Below, piece by piece: positions 38,940 through 50,039 of a stretch of DNA of 64,000 nt; positions within the stretch are counted from its first letter, which is position 1; each line of letters opens with the position of its first letter. The notes beneath the pieces were generated by a model that worked only from the letters and a program-made list of their open reading frames with translations, made no database searches and was not told the DNA's origin. A program made the translations under genes and the position numbers. Where the stretch lies: assembly GCF_036321535.1 (NCBI RefSeq), contig NC_087438.1, positions 5,644,001 through 5,708,000 on the forward strand. The letters run 5' to 3'. The DNA comes from Camelus dromedarius. Lineage: Eukaryota.

Positions 38940-39680
38940 TGTAAGAAATCTTACAGAAAGTCCTTCTAGCAAAAAGAAGATGACATCAGGTGGATGGTCT
39001 ACAAAAGGAATGGTGAGCCCTGGAAATGGTTCACACATGCATAAATATGCAAAACTGTTTTACAGTGTTATTTACATTTCTTTGAAATTAATGTGTTGTT
39101 TAAATAAAAAGTAACAAAACATAACATAGTGTTTATAATATAGGTAAAATTCAAGAATATAACCACAAACCTTTATTCAAAGGCTGGGAGGAGTGATATA
39201 GACATATATTATTGTGAGTTTTTTATACATAAAATATAACCTGAAGGGTGTCTGTGATATCTATGTAAAGTCCCATTAAGATAATAAAAGAACATAGGAA
39301 AGAGAGAGAGAAAAAAAAGATGGGACAAATAGAAAACAAATAGCAAGATGATGGACATAAATTTAAGTATACCATTAATCACACTCAGTATAAACAGTCT
39401 AAACAACCAACTAAAAGGGAAAGATTGCCAGATTGTATAAAAAAGTAAGATCCAACTATGTACTGCCTGCGACCAATTTAAATAAAGGAAGCCAAATAAA
39501 TAAGGAGACGAAAAAATATACAGCATGCTAACAGGAATTTGAGGATAGATGGAATAGCCACATTGATTTTAGACAAAGTAGGTTTCAGAGAAAAGAATGT
39601 TACCAGGAGTAAAGGAATTCAGTTATCAATGACAGTGGAGTTAATTCGTCAGGCAGACAAAATGGCATCCGTCGTTTATG
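38940..39680 (+). mobile_element. Old L1M fragment (inter-ORF region and start of ORF2 endonuclease)
   Basis: attaatcacactcagtataaacagtctaaacaaccaactaaaagggaaagattgccagattgtataaaaaagtaagatccaactatgtactgcctgc; agacaaagtaggtttcaga. Confidence 0.8.
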
Positions 39681-41599
39681 ATCATTTTATGCTTTAAGCA
39701 GTCAGCCCTCTGTTGTATATGTGTGCCAGATTTCACAGAGCAAATCCCTCCCGGTCCCTTGTACAGGGTGCGTTTTGTGTGACTGCAGAACTTTGAGGGC
39801 TGAATAGAAGAAGGAGACCGGTGAAGTCGGCATTCAGCTCACATATTTTAAAATCATTCCCCTGTCTCTGGAAACCTAGCCTGCCTTCAAATATGTCTGA
39901 AATTCCTCAGTCCACGGTCCCTCTGTTTTGTCTTTTAAAGGCACAGAGCTCCCTTATCTTGCCGTGACTGAGAAGGGCAGCCTCTCTAGGCACAGATTTA
40001 GAGGGCGGTTTCGGTATCCAGGCATCCATCTGCTTCTCAAACAGCTTTCAATTCACCTTCCTTATCTGAGTCCCGTAGCACAGTCAGTGTTTAATTAGGG
40101 GAGCAGAAACACTATGAGTTTTGAGATAAGGTATTTATTGCAGAAATCAGCTCAGACACAACTATGAGATCAGCTGGAGACGTGAAGGTTTATAAAGGCA
40201 AGTTGGAGCATTAGAGGAGAGAGCCACCAGCCAGTTAGAGAAGCCAGGCTCAGGCAGCCTGAGGCTGGGCTGCGAAGAAGTCCGTGCCAGGCCATGCCGG
40301 AGGTCTGTGCACCCTCAGAAATACCCGCGCAGCCCCGACATTCGGGGGGTGTCCTGGCGTTGGCAGCCAGGTCTCGGTGTTAACGTGCCGGCCTGGCCCA
40401 CAGTGAGGCTTGGATGTTCTGCAGGACGTGGACAATTTCACAGAACATCAGCATGAGACGAGGCCACTCTGCGGCTGATAGATCAAGACAAAAAAAAAAA
40501 AAAATTAAGACCATTTTGTGATCATGTCTAAACACAGAATGTCATTAGAACTGCGAAGTCCCGGCGTCGCCCTCCCCCAGCCGTGTGCGCAGCAGCTTGT
40601 TCTTCACCAGTGACAGCTTCAGTTTCACTTCAGTCTTCTCTCCTTCAGATGAGATTTATTAAGATATTGATCATAGAATTCTTCTCACTTTCGGACTGTT
40701 TCCAATAGAGAGCAGAGCCCCACTTCACTAAAATCTCCCCCAGATCACCAGCCAAAGTCCAAATCCTATTATAGTTTCTTTCTAACACCTCATCCTGGGA
40801 CCCCCTGTGGTTCCCACTGGTGTGTGTGCTCTGTCATTGTCACAATGACAAAAACTCAACCTGTTTGAGTACAGATGTGCTCTTGGTGACCTCCAGCTGG
40901 AGGACACTGACGGCTCACAGCCGAGCATGTGGTGATGCGCTGGGCCCACTGGGCTCGGTGGGGTCAAGGGTCAGGAAGAAGATCCAGATGGAAACAGAGA
41001 GTGTGTGGCACAGGCTGGAACCTCTCCTTCCGGGAACTCTGATAACTGTCTCTCAACCACCTCAGCCTTTGGGGCGGCTGCTTGACAGTCACCTCCCCAA
41101 ATCTCAGGACAGCCTCTCTTTTGGTCGCTTACTTACTCACTCAGCACCAGATGTGGAAGTTCCAGCTTGACCAAGTCAAACGAGCACACCCACGGTCACA
41201 CTTTCCCGCTGCTTCCAGAGGAAGCTGACTCCTGCTTTGTTCCAGAAACCCTCTGTGTTCCCTCTGCAGCGCTGGCTTGGTTTCCTTGTGTTTTTAAGCC
41301 AGTCTTCCTTTGACCAGTTTATGCTGTAGGTTCCTCCTGTTTGGTGGTTTGTTTTGTCTTCCATTTTCACTCTTTTTCATGTGTTATTTGTTATTATTGC
41401 TTTTAACCTTTCAACTGGAAGTGGCAGTGGGTACTGGGGTAGGGGGAAATCACACGTGTTTTCAATCCAACATCTTCAAACATCAGGCCCTTTGTTCACC
41501 TGTACGGGCGGTGGAGACCTCTAGATACCAACTGGGTGTTGGTGCTCCCTGGTCCGTTGTGAGGAGCTCCCCTGAGTGATCCAGCTAGGGACCCCATTT

Positions 41600-41948
41600 A
41601 CCAGCCCCACAACAGCAAGTGTGGCCACATGAGCAGCTCTTGCCGCTACCATGTGGGAGAAAGTGATGTGTGTTACTTTTGGGCAGGAGTGTTTATGAAA
41701 TGACTCTGCCCTCTCTACTCTTTCTTTCCCCTTTTTTTTCAGCTGGAAATTGAGGAAACAGAGACTCTATGGATGGCTACTTCAAAGACGGTAAACCGGG
41801 TCCCACCCAGTGGTCGATCAGAAATACATCCAACAAATGGCTGTGTAATGGAGAACAGCACACTTTTACTGTGTTAACCCACCAAAATCGGAGGTTTATG
41901 CCAGTTGAGCTATTCCAAGTGTGTTACTAGTGTTCCTCTAACTAATAA
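41600..41948 (+). mobile_element. Old MaLR LTR (MLT1 family)
   Basis: gtgtggccacatgagcagctcttgcc...agaaagtgatgtgtgttacttttgggcagg...cttttactgtgttaacccacc...ctaactaata. Confidence 0.6.
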
Positions 41949-42159
41949 TATGAGTATGCTATTCCCTTTTGAAAGAAATATTTCAATCAACATTCAGTCT
42001 TTGCTTTAACTGACAAAATTAGGATTGTTGGTTTTGCTTTAGCATCACCACAAAGGCAAAGTTAACAGCACATGCCCTGTGGGAAGGGGGCAGAGTCCTG
42101 ACATGTGATAAAGCTTCTCAAGTCTGCTGACCCTCTAAGCATCGACTAATTCTCTGAGT

Positions 42160-42357
42160 CAGGAGTAAGGAAATTTTTCTGTAAAAGAGAAGAGAGTAAA
42201 TACTTTCAGCTTTGTGGCCCACATAGATCTCTGTTGCATATTCTTTTGTTTTTTCAACAACCCTTTAAAAATGTAAAAACTATTCTTAGCTCATAAGCTG
42301 AATAATAACAGACCTTGGACAGGGTCTGGCCCATGGGCCCAGGTTAACCAATGTCTG
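42160..42357. mobile_element. MER58-like hAT-Charlie MITE
   Basis: CAGG...CTG ends; ttttctgtaaa...gtaaatactttcagctttg...ccctttaaaaatgtaaaaactattcttagctc; 8-bp TSD ctctgagt/ctctaagt, the length expected for hAT. Confidence 0.85.
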
Positions 42358-42383
42358 CTCTAAGTGGCTGGAGGATATAAGCT

Positions 42384-42861
42384 TGAAGGAGGATTTACTG
42401 GTCAGTAAGACCCCTTGAGGGACCATGAATGGATGCATCCACTGTAAGACTATGAAATCCTTTAAGACAGTTGGAAAAGACACAACCACTGGTTGACACA
42501 CAAGCTGGACCTTGGCAGTTAGAGGCTCCTCCCTCTCTCCCCATCCTTGGAATGTACATTCTTCCCACTGTTCCTAGAGTGGGAGCCATTTTCAAGGATG
42601 CAACATTGTGAGAGCTGTGTGTTGGTGAGACCACATGGATGACACGCTTGACTGAACCCAGTTAAGTCCTCTATCTAAGCTCTTAAGATTCTCATGGGCA
42701 GGGTCAGAGATCTACTCATCTTGTGGCTGCTAAAGACAAGCCTCCTTTGTAAGTCCCTTGCTTATTAAATATGCCTTTTGCTTCCATCTCTCTTTGCCCT
42801 CCTTGTACAGGGGCCAGTTTCAGATTTCACCCGGGGAAACTCCTGAGTTTGCAAACCAACA
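42384..42861 (+). mobile_element. Solo LTR (MER21/MER74-like, class uncertain)
   Basis: gtaagtcccttgcttattaaa (ATTAAA polyA signal) and ...gcaaaccaaca end; 5' boundary uncertain. Confidence 0.65.
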
Positions 42862-45800
42862 AAGGCAAGAATCATGCTTTATGCCTTAATCTTAACCACT
42901 GTTTCACCTAAGGTAGGACTTTAACTTCATTCAATTTTGACCTTTCTCTCACTGTGTGCAAAGCTCTGTGTTAGGCACTCTAGACTTGAGTATAAAATAG
43001 ATGCCTTTCTCCAAAATAAAATTGGGTTGAATTGAAATAAAATTTAGCTTGAATTACACTGGCAAAATTGCAATCATAACTCCAGAACAGAGTACTAATC
43101 ATTTCATAATACACAGCTCTGTCAGGGGACTCTTTCTAGTAGCAATAGCCTTTGCTATCACTGAATGTCTGTGTCACTCTCAACTATCAATGTTTAAATG
43201 TCAATGAGAAAAAGTAGTGCTTTTTACTTTGACTTGATGCTGATGGAAACCGAGTAAAAATATTTGTAAATTGTATGTGATGCCTCTATCTCAATAGAAA
43301 TAAAAAGCAATGTCAGTTCTGTCTGATGAGATAACGGCGATCTTACCTAGGGATTTGTTATCATAGGACATTTTTATTTCCCCCAACTCATCCTAAGACA
43401 TATTTGTAATTATTCTGCACAAAAAAATCCCTTCACAAAGGTCAGAGGTTGGGCAAGTCTGGGCTTCCAGAGAAAGTTGAGGGGGAAGTAGCAGGAAGAA
43501 CCACGGCTTCCTTGTTCTCTGGAGTTGATTAAGTTCTTTGCACCTGATGTGTGAATATCCCTGCCAGGATGAACATGTTGGAATTCCATCCTATGAGCCA
43601 AACCATAGACATCTGGTGTGTGCCTTGCTGAAATGTGTAACACAAAAAGCCGCCTTGAAAATGCAATCAGTACGCAGGCCAACATCCTTCAGTTGGTTTA
43701 ACAATTGGGAACCCGAAGAACTCATGTGGAGTTGTGATACCATAGTGGATTCTGAGTCTGTATGATGAATGAATGAATGAATCCCTAGCAGATGTGTTTG
43801 CTGCACTAAAATGTGTATGTTCTTTTTCTATTTTAATCTCTGTGTCAGGTTTTTCAGCTCTGGCTCTGGGAGCAGCTGCCTTTGAATTGCTACATCTTCC
43901 CCTAAGGCATTTACCCCCCTGTAGAAGTACCTCCACTAAATTGAAACCAAATTTTAACTTGAATAAATACAATTGGATAGATCCACTGTGGAAACAAAAT
44001 GATCATAGCAGAGAAACCCAGTGTAATGAAATCAGCAGCAGCATCGTAACTTATCTGTCATCCAGGACTCTAAATGATAACAGAATAGGTCCAGAGCGCA
44101 CACCGCCGAGCCCTGTGAGAATGAAGACCTGTCTCTGGAATTGGACTTTTATGTGTCTGCTGTGTCCGTGATGCTCATCTTTTGATTCGGAATTTTCCTT
44201 TCTAACTTCTGTAGCTGGTTCTCGTAGGACTGATTTCTCATCGACTGCACAGCGGTGGGATCGGGTTCTCTTCATCCTGCTGGGGTACCTGAGATTATTA
44301 TCAGCATGTGGAAGAAAACATCCTGTGTTCGGAAACAGACTCTTAACAAACCTGACAGCTTCTACCCAGAGACCCTCTTACTACAGGCAAAGGAATTTTT
44401 TTTAGAGAGACATCTCGCTTACGAAGGGTTCCGATATCATAGTTAATAATCACAAGACTGATTGGCACTAGCTTTAGGAGGATTCTACACATACAATCCA
44501 CCAACACTTAAAGATGCTGCTGTTACGGAAATGTACGCTACATTATCACATTTCAAATGACAATTGAATACCCATTTTTATAGGATAAATTATTTTAGAC
44601 AAATAGCTAATGCAATCTTTTAAGCCTCATCAGCTGAAACATAATGTAAATGTATTTATTTTGAGTGAAAAATATGGCCTACATACCAGATAAGTATAGA
44701 CAAATACATTCAAATATATCAAGTGGCTAAGTTCAAATAAATAAATCTATAAAGAGACAGCAGCTAAAATGTATCACCTTTTGTCTTCAGCCAGATATTC
44801 TTTCTGATTTTCCTTAGTATGTAGATGACACACAGTGTTCTGAGGTATCCAGATCCAGGTTCCAACCTGAGCCATCTTTTTGGGCCATCTCCAGCCTATT
44901 TTATGCAATTTTGATAATTCTCTTTTTTCCCTCCGTTTCATAGCCACAACTCTTTTTAGGTTATCATACTCGCTCACACACACATTATCACTGGAGCCGC
45001 TTCAGCAGTGTTCACCCTCCAGGTCTACGCAGCCGAAATGGACACGGCATGTGCCACAGACGAACTTCCTCCACGTGGACAATGTCAGTCTCCTAATCCC
45101 AAACCTTAACGTGTGTCCACAAACATCTTCGGAAAGTTGCCTAATTGCAAACACCATCCTTCTCAGGCACAATAGATGGGCCACACAAGGTGCTTGCTGT
45201 TTATGTCTCCCCTCTCCTGCCAAGCCTGGGGGTCCCCAACTTGTCCCCACACTCTTAAGGTTCTCCTTACACAGAGATCTGTGCACTTACCATGGTCCAG
45301 TCCTCCCTCCCGCCACGGTAGTCAAACAAAGATGCTCTGCCTTGGAGAGAGGCTGACCATGCCAACTAGGGGATGAAAATTGGTGGGGAACCAGACCCAT
45401 TCTTTGTATGTGCATAGTGCTGGTATAGAGACAACGCAGAGAGCGTACCTGCATGTGTATGGGGAAGGGGGACGATTAGAGGAAAACAGTGCCTGAAATA
45501 TATTTTTAGGTGGATTATAGGAAAACAAGACCAGCGTTTTCTGATTCCAATGAGGCTAATGAGTCTGGGCTTCCATAACCGGTTGCTCTCTGAGCACCGC
45601 GGCATCGTGGCCAGCAAGGCCCACTCAGAACTGAGACAGTTAAATCGTTTCCAGCTGCTGTGTGCCAGCTGTTGACAGGGAAAAATGATCCTCTGGTATC
45701 ACTACATTATACATCAGAATGGCCAACAGTTTCTTTTAAAATTTCTCTTGGTATTGGCTAGAAAGATTGAAATGAAATGCTCTCATCAAAATGAGTGATA

Positions 45801-45999
45801 ATTTCCAAGTATCCTAAGTTCTTCTTTCCCTCTATTCTTCATAATAGGAAGAAATATCAATTAATGAATAACTCATGGGGTAACTCATAAATAAAGGAAT
45901 AATTATCTAGTAGTAATTGTAGCTACTGTTTAAAAATCAGTTATGGCTCTGTCATCAGGCTGACATTCTTAATTCCGTTTTTTTTCCTTTTGACCTACA

Positions 46000-46165
46000 A
46001 AAAAATAGGTGTGTAGTACTGTCAATGTTTTGCAGTTGAAGAAACTAAACCTTGGAAAAGCCAAGTGATATATCAAGGGTCAGAGAGTTAGGGTGTGAAA
46101 GTTAAGATTCACACTGTGGTTGGTCTCTTTGATTCGAAATCCTATAATCTTGTCCACTACTGTGC
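46000..46165 (-). mobile_element. MIR fragment
   Basis: ttttgcagttgaagaaactaaac...aagtgatatatcaagggtcagagagttag...gattcacactg. Confidence 0.65.
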
Positions 46166-46589
46166 CAGAAAGATAACCCATTAAAATCCACTTTAAACAA
46201 GGTCTGGCAATTGATACTCTATGTTAAGTGCATCCCTGAGGACCTGGACTTGGGACCAAGAAGTACGGGGCAGGGAGAACTTCCAAGAGGGGGTACTCCC
46301 CATAAGGACAGGAGGTCAAAGTCGGGATCCCCGTGCAGGACAGTGTTTCTGCGCGGTCTGCAGCTGAAGGCAAGTTCTACGAACAAGCAGGGATTTGTTT
46401 TCAGGGGCTAAAATGTATACAAGCTACTCAGCCACGCACATCCAGAATGCCAAATATTTGTGTGTGAATGAATGATGCTTAGTTTAACAGGTAAGGATTC
46501 ACCAAACAGACGCTTTTTGTTAGCTCCCGTTAGCTCAGCGGACACTGGAAGGCCATCACCCCACTTCTGTGCTAGTGCTGTACACAAAT

Positions 46590-46792
46590 GCGTGCAAAGT
46601 GGCCCGGGAGTGCACGGCCCAGCGCAGCCGCAAGAGGAGTCAGTGTGGTACTTGAGTCTCCCGCCGCGCGGCTTGGCTGCACTTGGCCGTCACCGCTGCC
46701 CGCGGCGCAACTGCGCAGCGCATCACGAGTGCTCCTGCGGCCCGTCTCTGCGCCGCGTGACGCGGTCCACGCACAGGGAGGGGCTGTGAGGA
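46590..46792 (+). other. Short CpG-dense patch, probably a GC-converted MIR
   Basis: About 25 CpG in about 185 bp in otherwise CpG-poor DNA; collinear with the recalled MIR core. Confidence 0.6.
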
Positions 46793-48394
46793 AGCTTTCA
46801 GGGTTAGGAACTGAGATGAAAAGAAACCTTGAGGAGTTTTTTGATTTCACAGGAACTTTGAGACTAAGATATCATGATAAATTGCTTTACCTCTTCATTT
46901 TGGTAGTGACTTGAGTTATGACCTTTTCTCAGGGTTGTTGCCCAGAAAAATCTACAAGTGTGACTGTAAATCTCTGTGTAATGCTCATGTACTGTTTAAA
47001 TTAATGTTTCTCCTCTTTGGAATCCATAGAGGACCATTACACTTCTGATGGCTCAGGGATACTTGAAACACACTCAGGGCTTTGAATGACTCCGAGTCTA
47101 TGGTCCTAATTTTGTTTTATTACTTTCAGGAGCCACAGAAGTGGCTACTTAAAAAATATACTTGTCTGAAGGACACATCTGGGACTTCTTGACAAAGAAA
47201 GAGGGAGGAAGCTGATGTTATTGCTACAAGAATGTTTATTCACAAGTTATTCTCCTCCATTTAATTGTATCTTCATCTTTTAATGTCAACATTTAGTATT
47301 AATGAATGAACACATTCATTAAATATGAGTAAACGATTGCATGTACTTTTCTGGGGCTTTGCTTATACCGTTATCGCCATTAAAATAAACTAGGTTGGTT
47401 TTCTAAAGGGTTAAGACCAAACTTCTGAAAAAATAAGCTGATTAAAATATACACACATGAATGTGAACATGTTCTTTTATTCCTGAGTCCATTTTTTCCG
47501 CTCTTTTCAGATTAGCTGGGGGTAAATTAATTAAGTCTGCATCCTGCTGGGCAAAGTCCTTCCCTCATTACTCTCTTTCTGCTTCCTCTCTTTCCTATTG
47601 ACACTGATAGACCTCGAGACCGAAAATAGATGCTAATTATTTTCCACCTTTACCCCTCACTGTTCAAAGCAGTGAATGATGTTTTTACTGTGACATTAAC
47701 ACAGAGCTCATTAAAGCCACACAGAATGAAAGAACTCACGAGAAGAAAGATTTTGTTGAATTAAAGGCACAAATAGCACAAGGTACAAACAGGAAAACAA
47801 ATATTACATAGAAAATGTTACCATTTTATTTTTCATTAACGCTGATGTGTATGACACAGAGGGTTGTACTTGTCCTGATGGTTACGGGGGCATCTCTCCT
47901 CTGCTGCCTTTTCACAAATCAGCACCGCTAGTCATCGTCCAAATCTTGGCCTCATGTTTACTGTCCTACTTTCAAGAAAACTAACTTATCGGAGAAATTA
48001 TGTGAAAAGTAGGTTCTGGATTCAGGGGGCACCTGTGTTGATGGGACTGTGAAGATCTGGGACTTTTGGATCATCTGTTACCTGAATGGTACCCAAGAAC
48101 AGCCTTCTGCGTCCATGCTGAGAAGTTTGGGAGTGTCATCCTGTAATCACTGAATGAAAAATCAGTTCCCAAGGAAACAAATCCTCCTCATCTTGAAAAG
48201 AGAGAAAATATACAAAAATCAAAGCCAACTAATTACCAGCAATAGGTAAAAATGGCAATCATTTGACTCGCAGAAATGTTTTGTGGTCTGAAACTACAAC
48301 AAAACCATCTTGTCTACATGGTATTAACACGCAGGCTGCAAATTCTTTAGTGAATGTCCTGCACGGTCAACCTACCGTTATTTCTATAAGGGAA

Positions 48395-48595
48395 TTTACA
48401 AAGCAATTTTGGATTTACTCCCAACCTCTCTATAGCACCCCATCCAGTAGAAAAGACAAGTATTTTATTCCTTTTATAGATGAAGAAGCCTAGGCTCAGA
48501 AACCTTCAGTGATTGTACAAGGTCACAGTTCGTGAAGGACAGAACTGGAACCAGACCTTAGGTCTCCTGATGTCCACCCCGTGCTTTTTCTGATG
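48395..48595 (-). mobile_element. MIR
   Basis: ttattccttttatagatgaagaagcctaggctcagaaacc...gtacaaggtcacag...cagaactggaaccagaccttaggtctcctga. Confidence 0.8.
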
Positions 48596-48633
48596 CTCAG
48601 TGATACAAATGCTTCGATGTACAATACAGTCAG

Positions 48634-48917
48634 TACGATGGTTAATTGCATGTGTTCACTTGATGGGGGCCATGGAGGGCCCAGATATTTGGTCAAACAT
48701 TATTGTAGGTATTTCTGTGAAGGTGTTTTTTGCCTGAGATAAACATCTAAATTGGTAGATTGTGTAAAGAAGTCTCTTTCTGTCTCTGTCTCTGCCCAGC
48801 CCTCTCTGTCACTCTGTCTCACTGTCTGTCTCTACGCACACACACACAGACACACACACTCCCCCCGCACACACCCTGCTGGTTCTATTCCTTCTCTGGA
48901 GAGCTCTGACTAATACA
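48634..48917 (+). mobile_element. MLT2-type ERVL LTR, internally deleted, containing a (TC)/(CA) repeat
   Basis: gatggttaattgcatgtg...cccagatatttggtcaaacattatt...ctctggagagctctgactaataca; 5-bp TSD gtcag/ggcag. Confidence 0.85.
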
Positions 48918-50039
48918 GGCAGCCTCTCTGAGTGAGCAAAATTCTAATTCGTAGGTAACATGAAAGTTTCATTTGGAGTTCTACAAAGCCCCAGACTAGG
49001 CGAACAAAGTTAACTGTGCAAATGTCTGGCTTGAATGCACACAGAAGGACCATGGATGCTTTTTGTAGGCCTCTGTTATTTGCAAAGAAACTGTATTACC
49101 TTCTAGTCCGGACCCTTCAACATTTTGGCGTGTACAACATCTACACTAATTTTGAAAACCTATCGACCACTTGAACATTTTTACATTAACATCTAAAATT
49201 TGTTAATATACTTTCAAGTATCTGCAAAGAATATTTTTATTGTGTTATGTACTGTGTACGAGGGTTAAATCTATTTTCACCAAACTGCTGGACCTGAACG
49301 TTGACCTCATTCCTTAGAGGAAAGTGTCCACGAAGCCCCGCTTCTCACGTTTACCGAACCAGACGTACATCTTTCCAGAAAGCAGTCTGAACCCAGGTTT
49401 TATTTCAAATAAACATGCTAATAGATATCTAAGCTACAGCTTTATCACTTCTGAGCTTTATTTTCAGGATAGATAGATAGACAGACAGACAGACTGGGCC
49501 TTAGCGTGCCTGGCCCAGGAAGGCTTGACCCTTCCATCTTTCGTACTGAAGTTTCTCTTCTTTGCTTTCGTGAGGCTCTTTCTCAGAAGGGGAAATTATA
49601 GATCACACCTGGGTTGGTGCTGGAGATCTGCGCACTCACAGCCAGGCACCAGAGGCAGGTGGGATGAGTGGGAAGTCTGTCTTCCTTCTGTAGCATGAGG
49701 GGGGCACTGCTGTGAAAGCAGAGGAGAGAAAAAGAAATGGCCCCCACAGGGTGGGTATCCAGGCACATGAAGCTCAGGGAGGAGCTCGTGGGGGAGGGTC
49801 TGGAAATTGACTCCCTTGAAGCTCAGTCTTGCATCTGCTTCCCAAGAGCCTGCACCCCTGCAGGGGTTTGGCTAACCCACTGGGACAGCAGCTCTTCCGG
49901 GGCACTGTCAGCAAAGTGTGTGCTCCCCAAATCTGAGTGGTGTTCCACAAATTAAGGGTACCAGGCCCAGAAGCAGCAGTATGTTGCAAATAAGCAATGG
50001 AAAATTTTTGTTATATCATGGAGAACAAAGCAAATAAAG

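Noticed and set aside
43410..45360. Cluster of 70-158 aa ORFs in unique-looking DNA
   Set aside because: No recognisable domain, overlapping on both strands, and no consistent splice structure; a tBLASTx or RNA-seq check would be needed to exclude small exons fully
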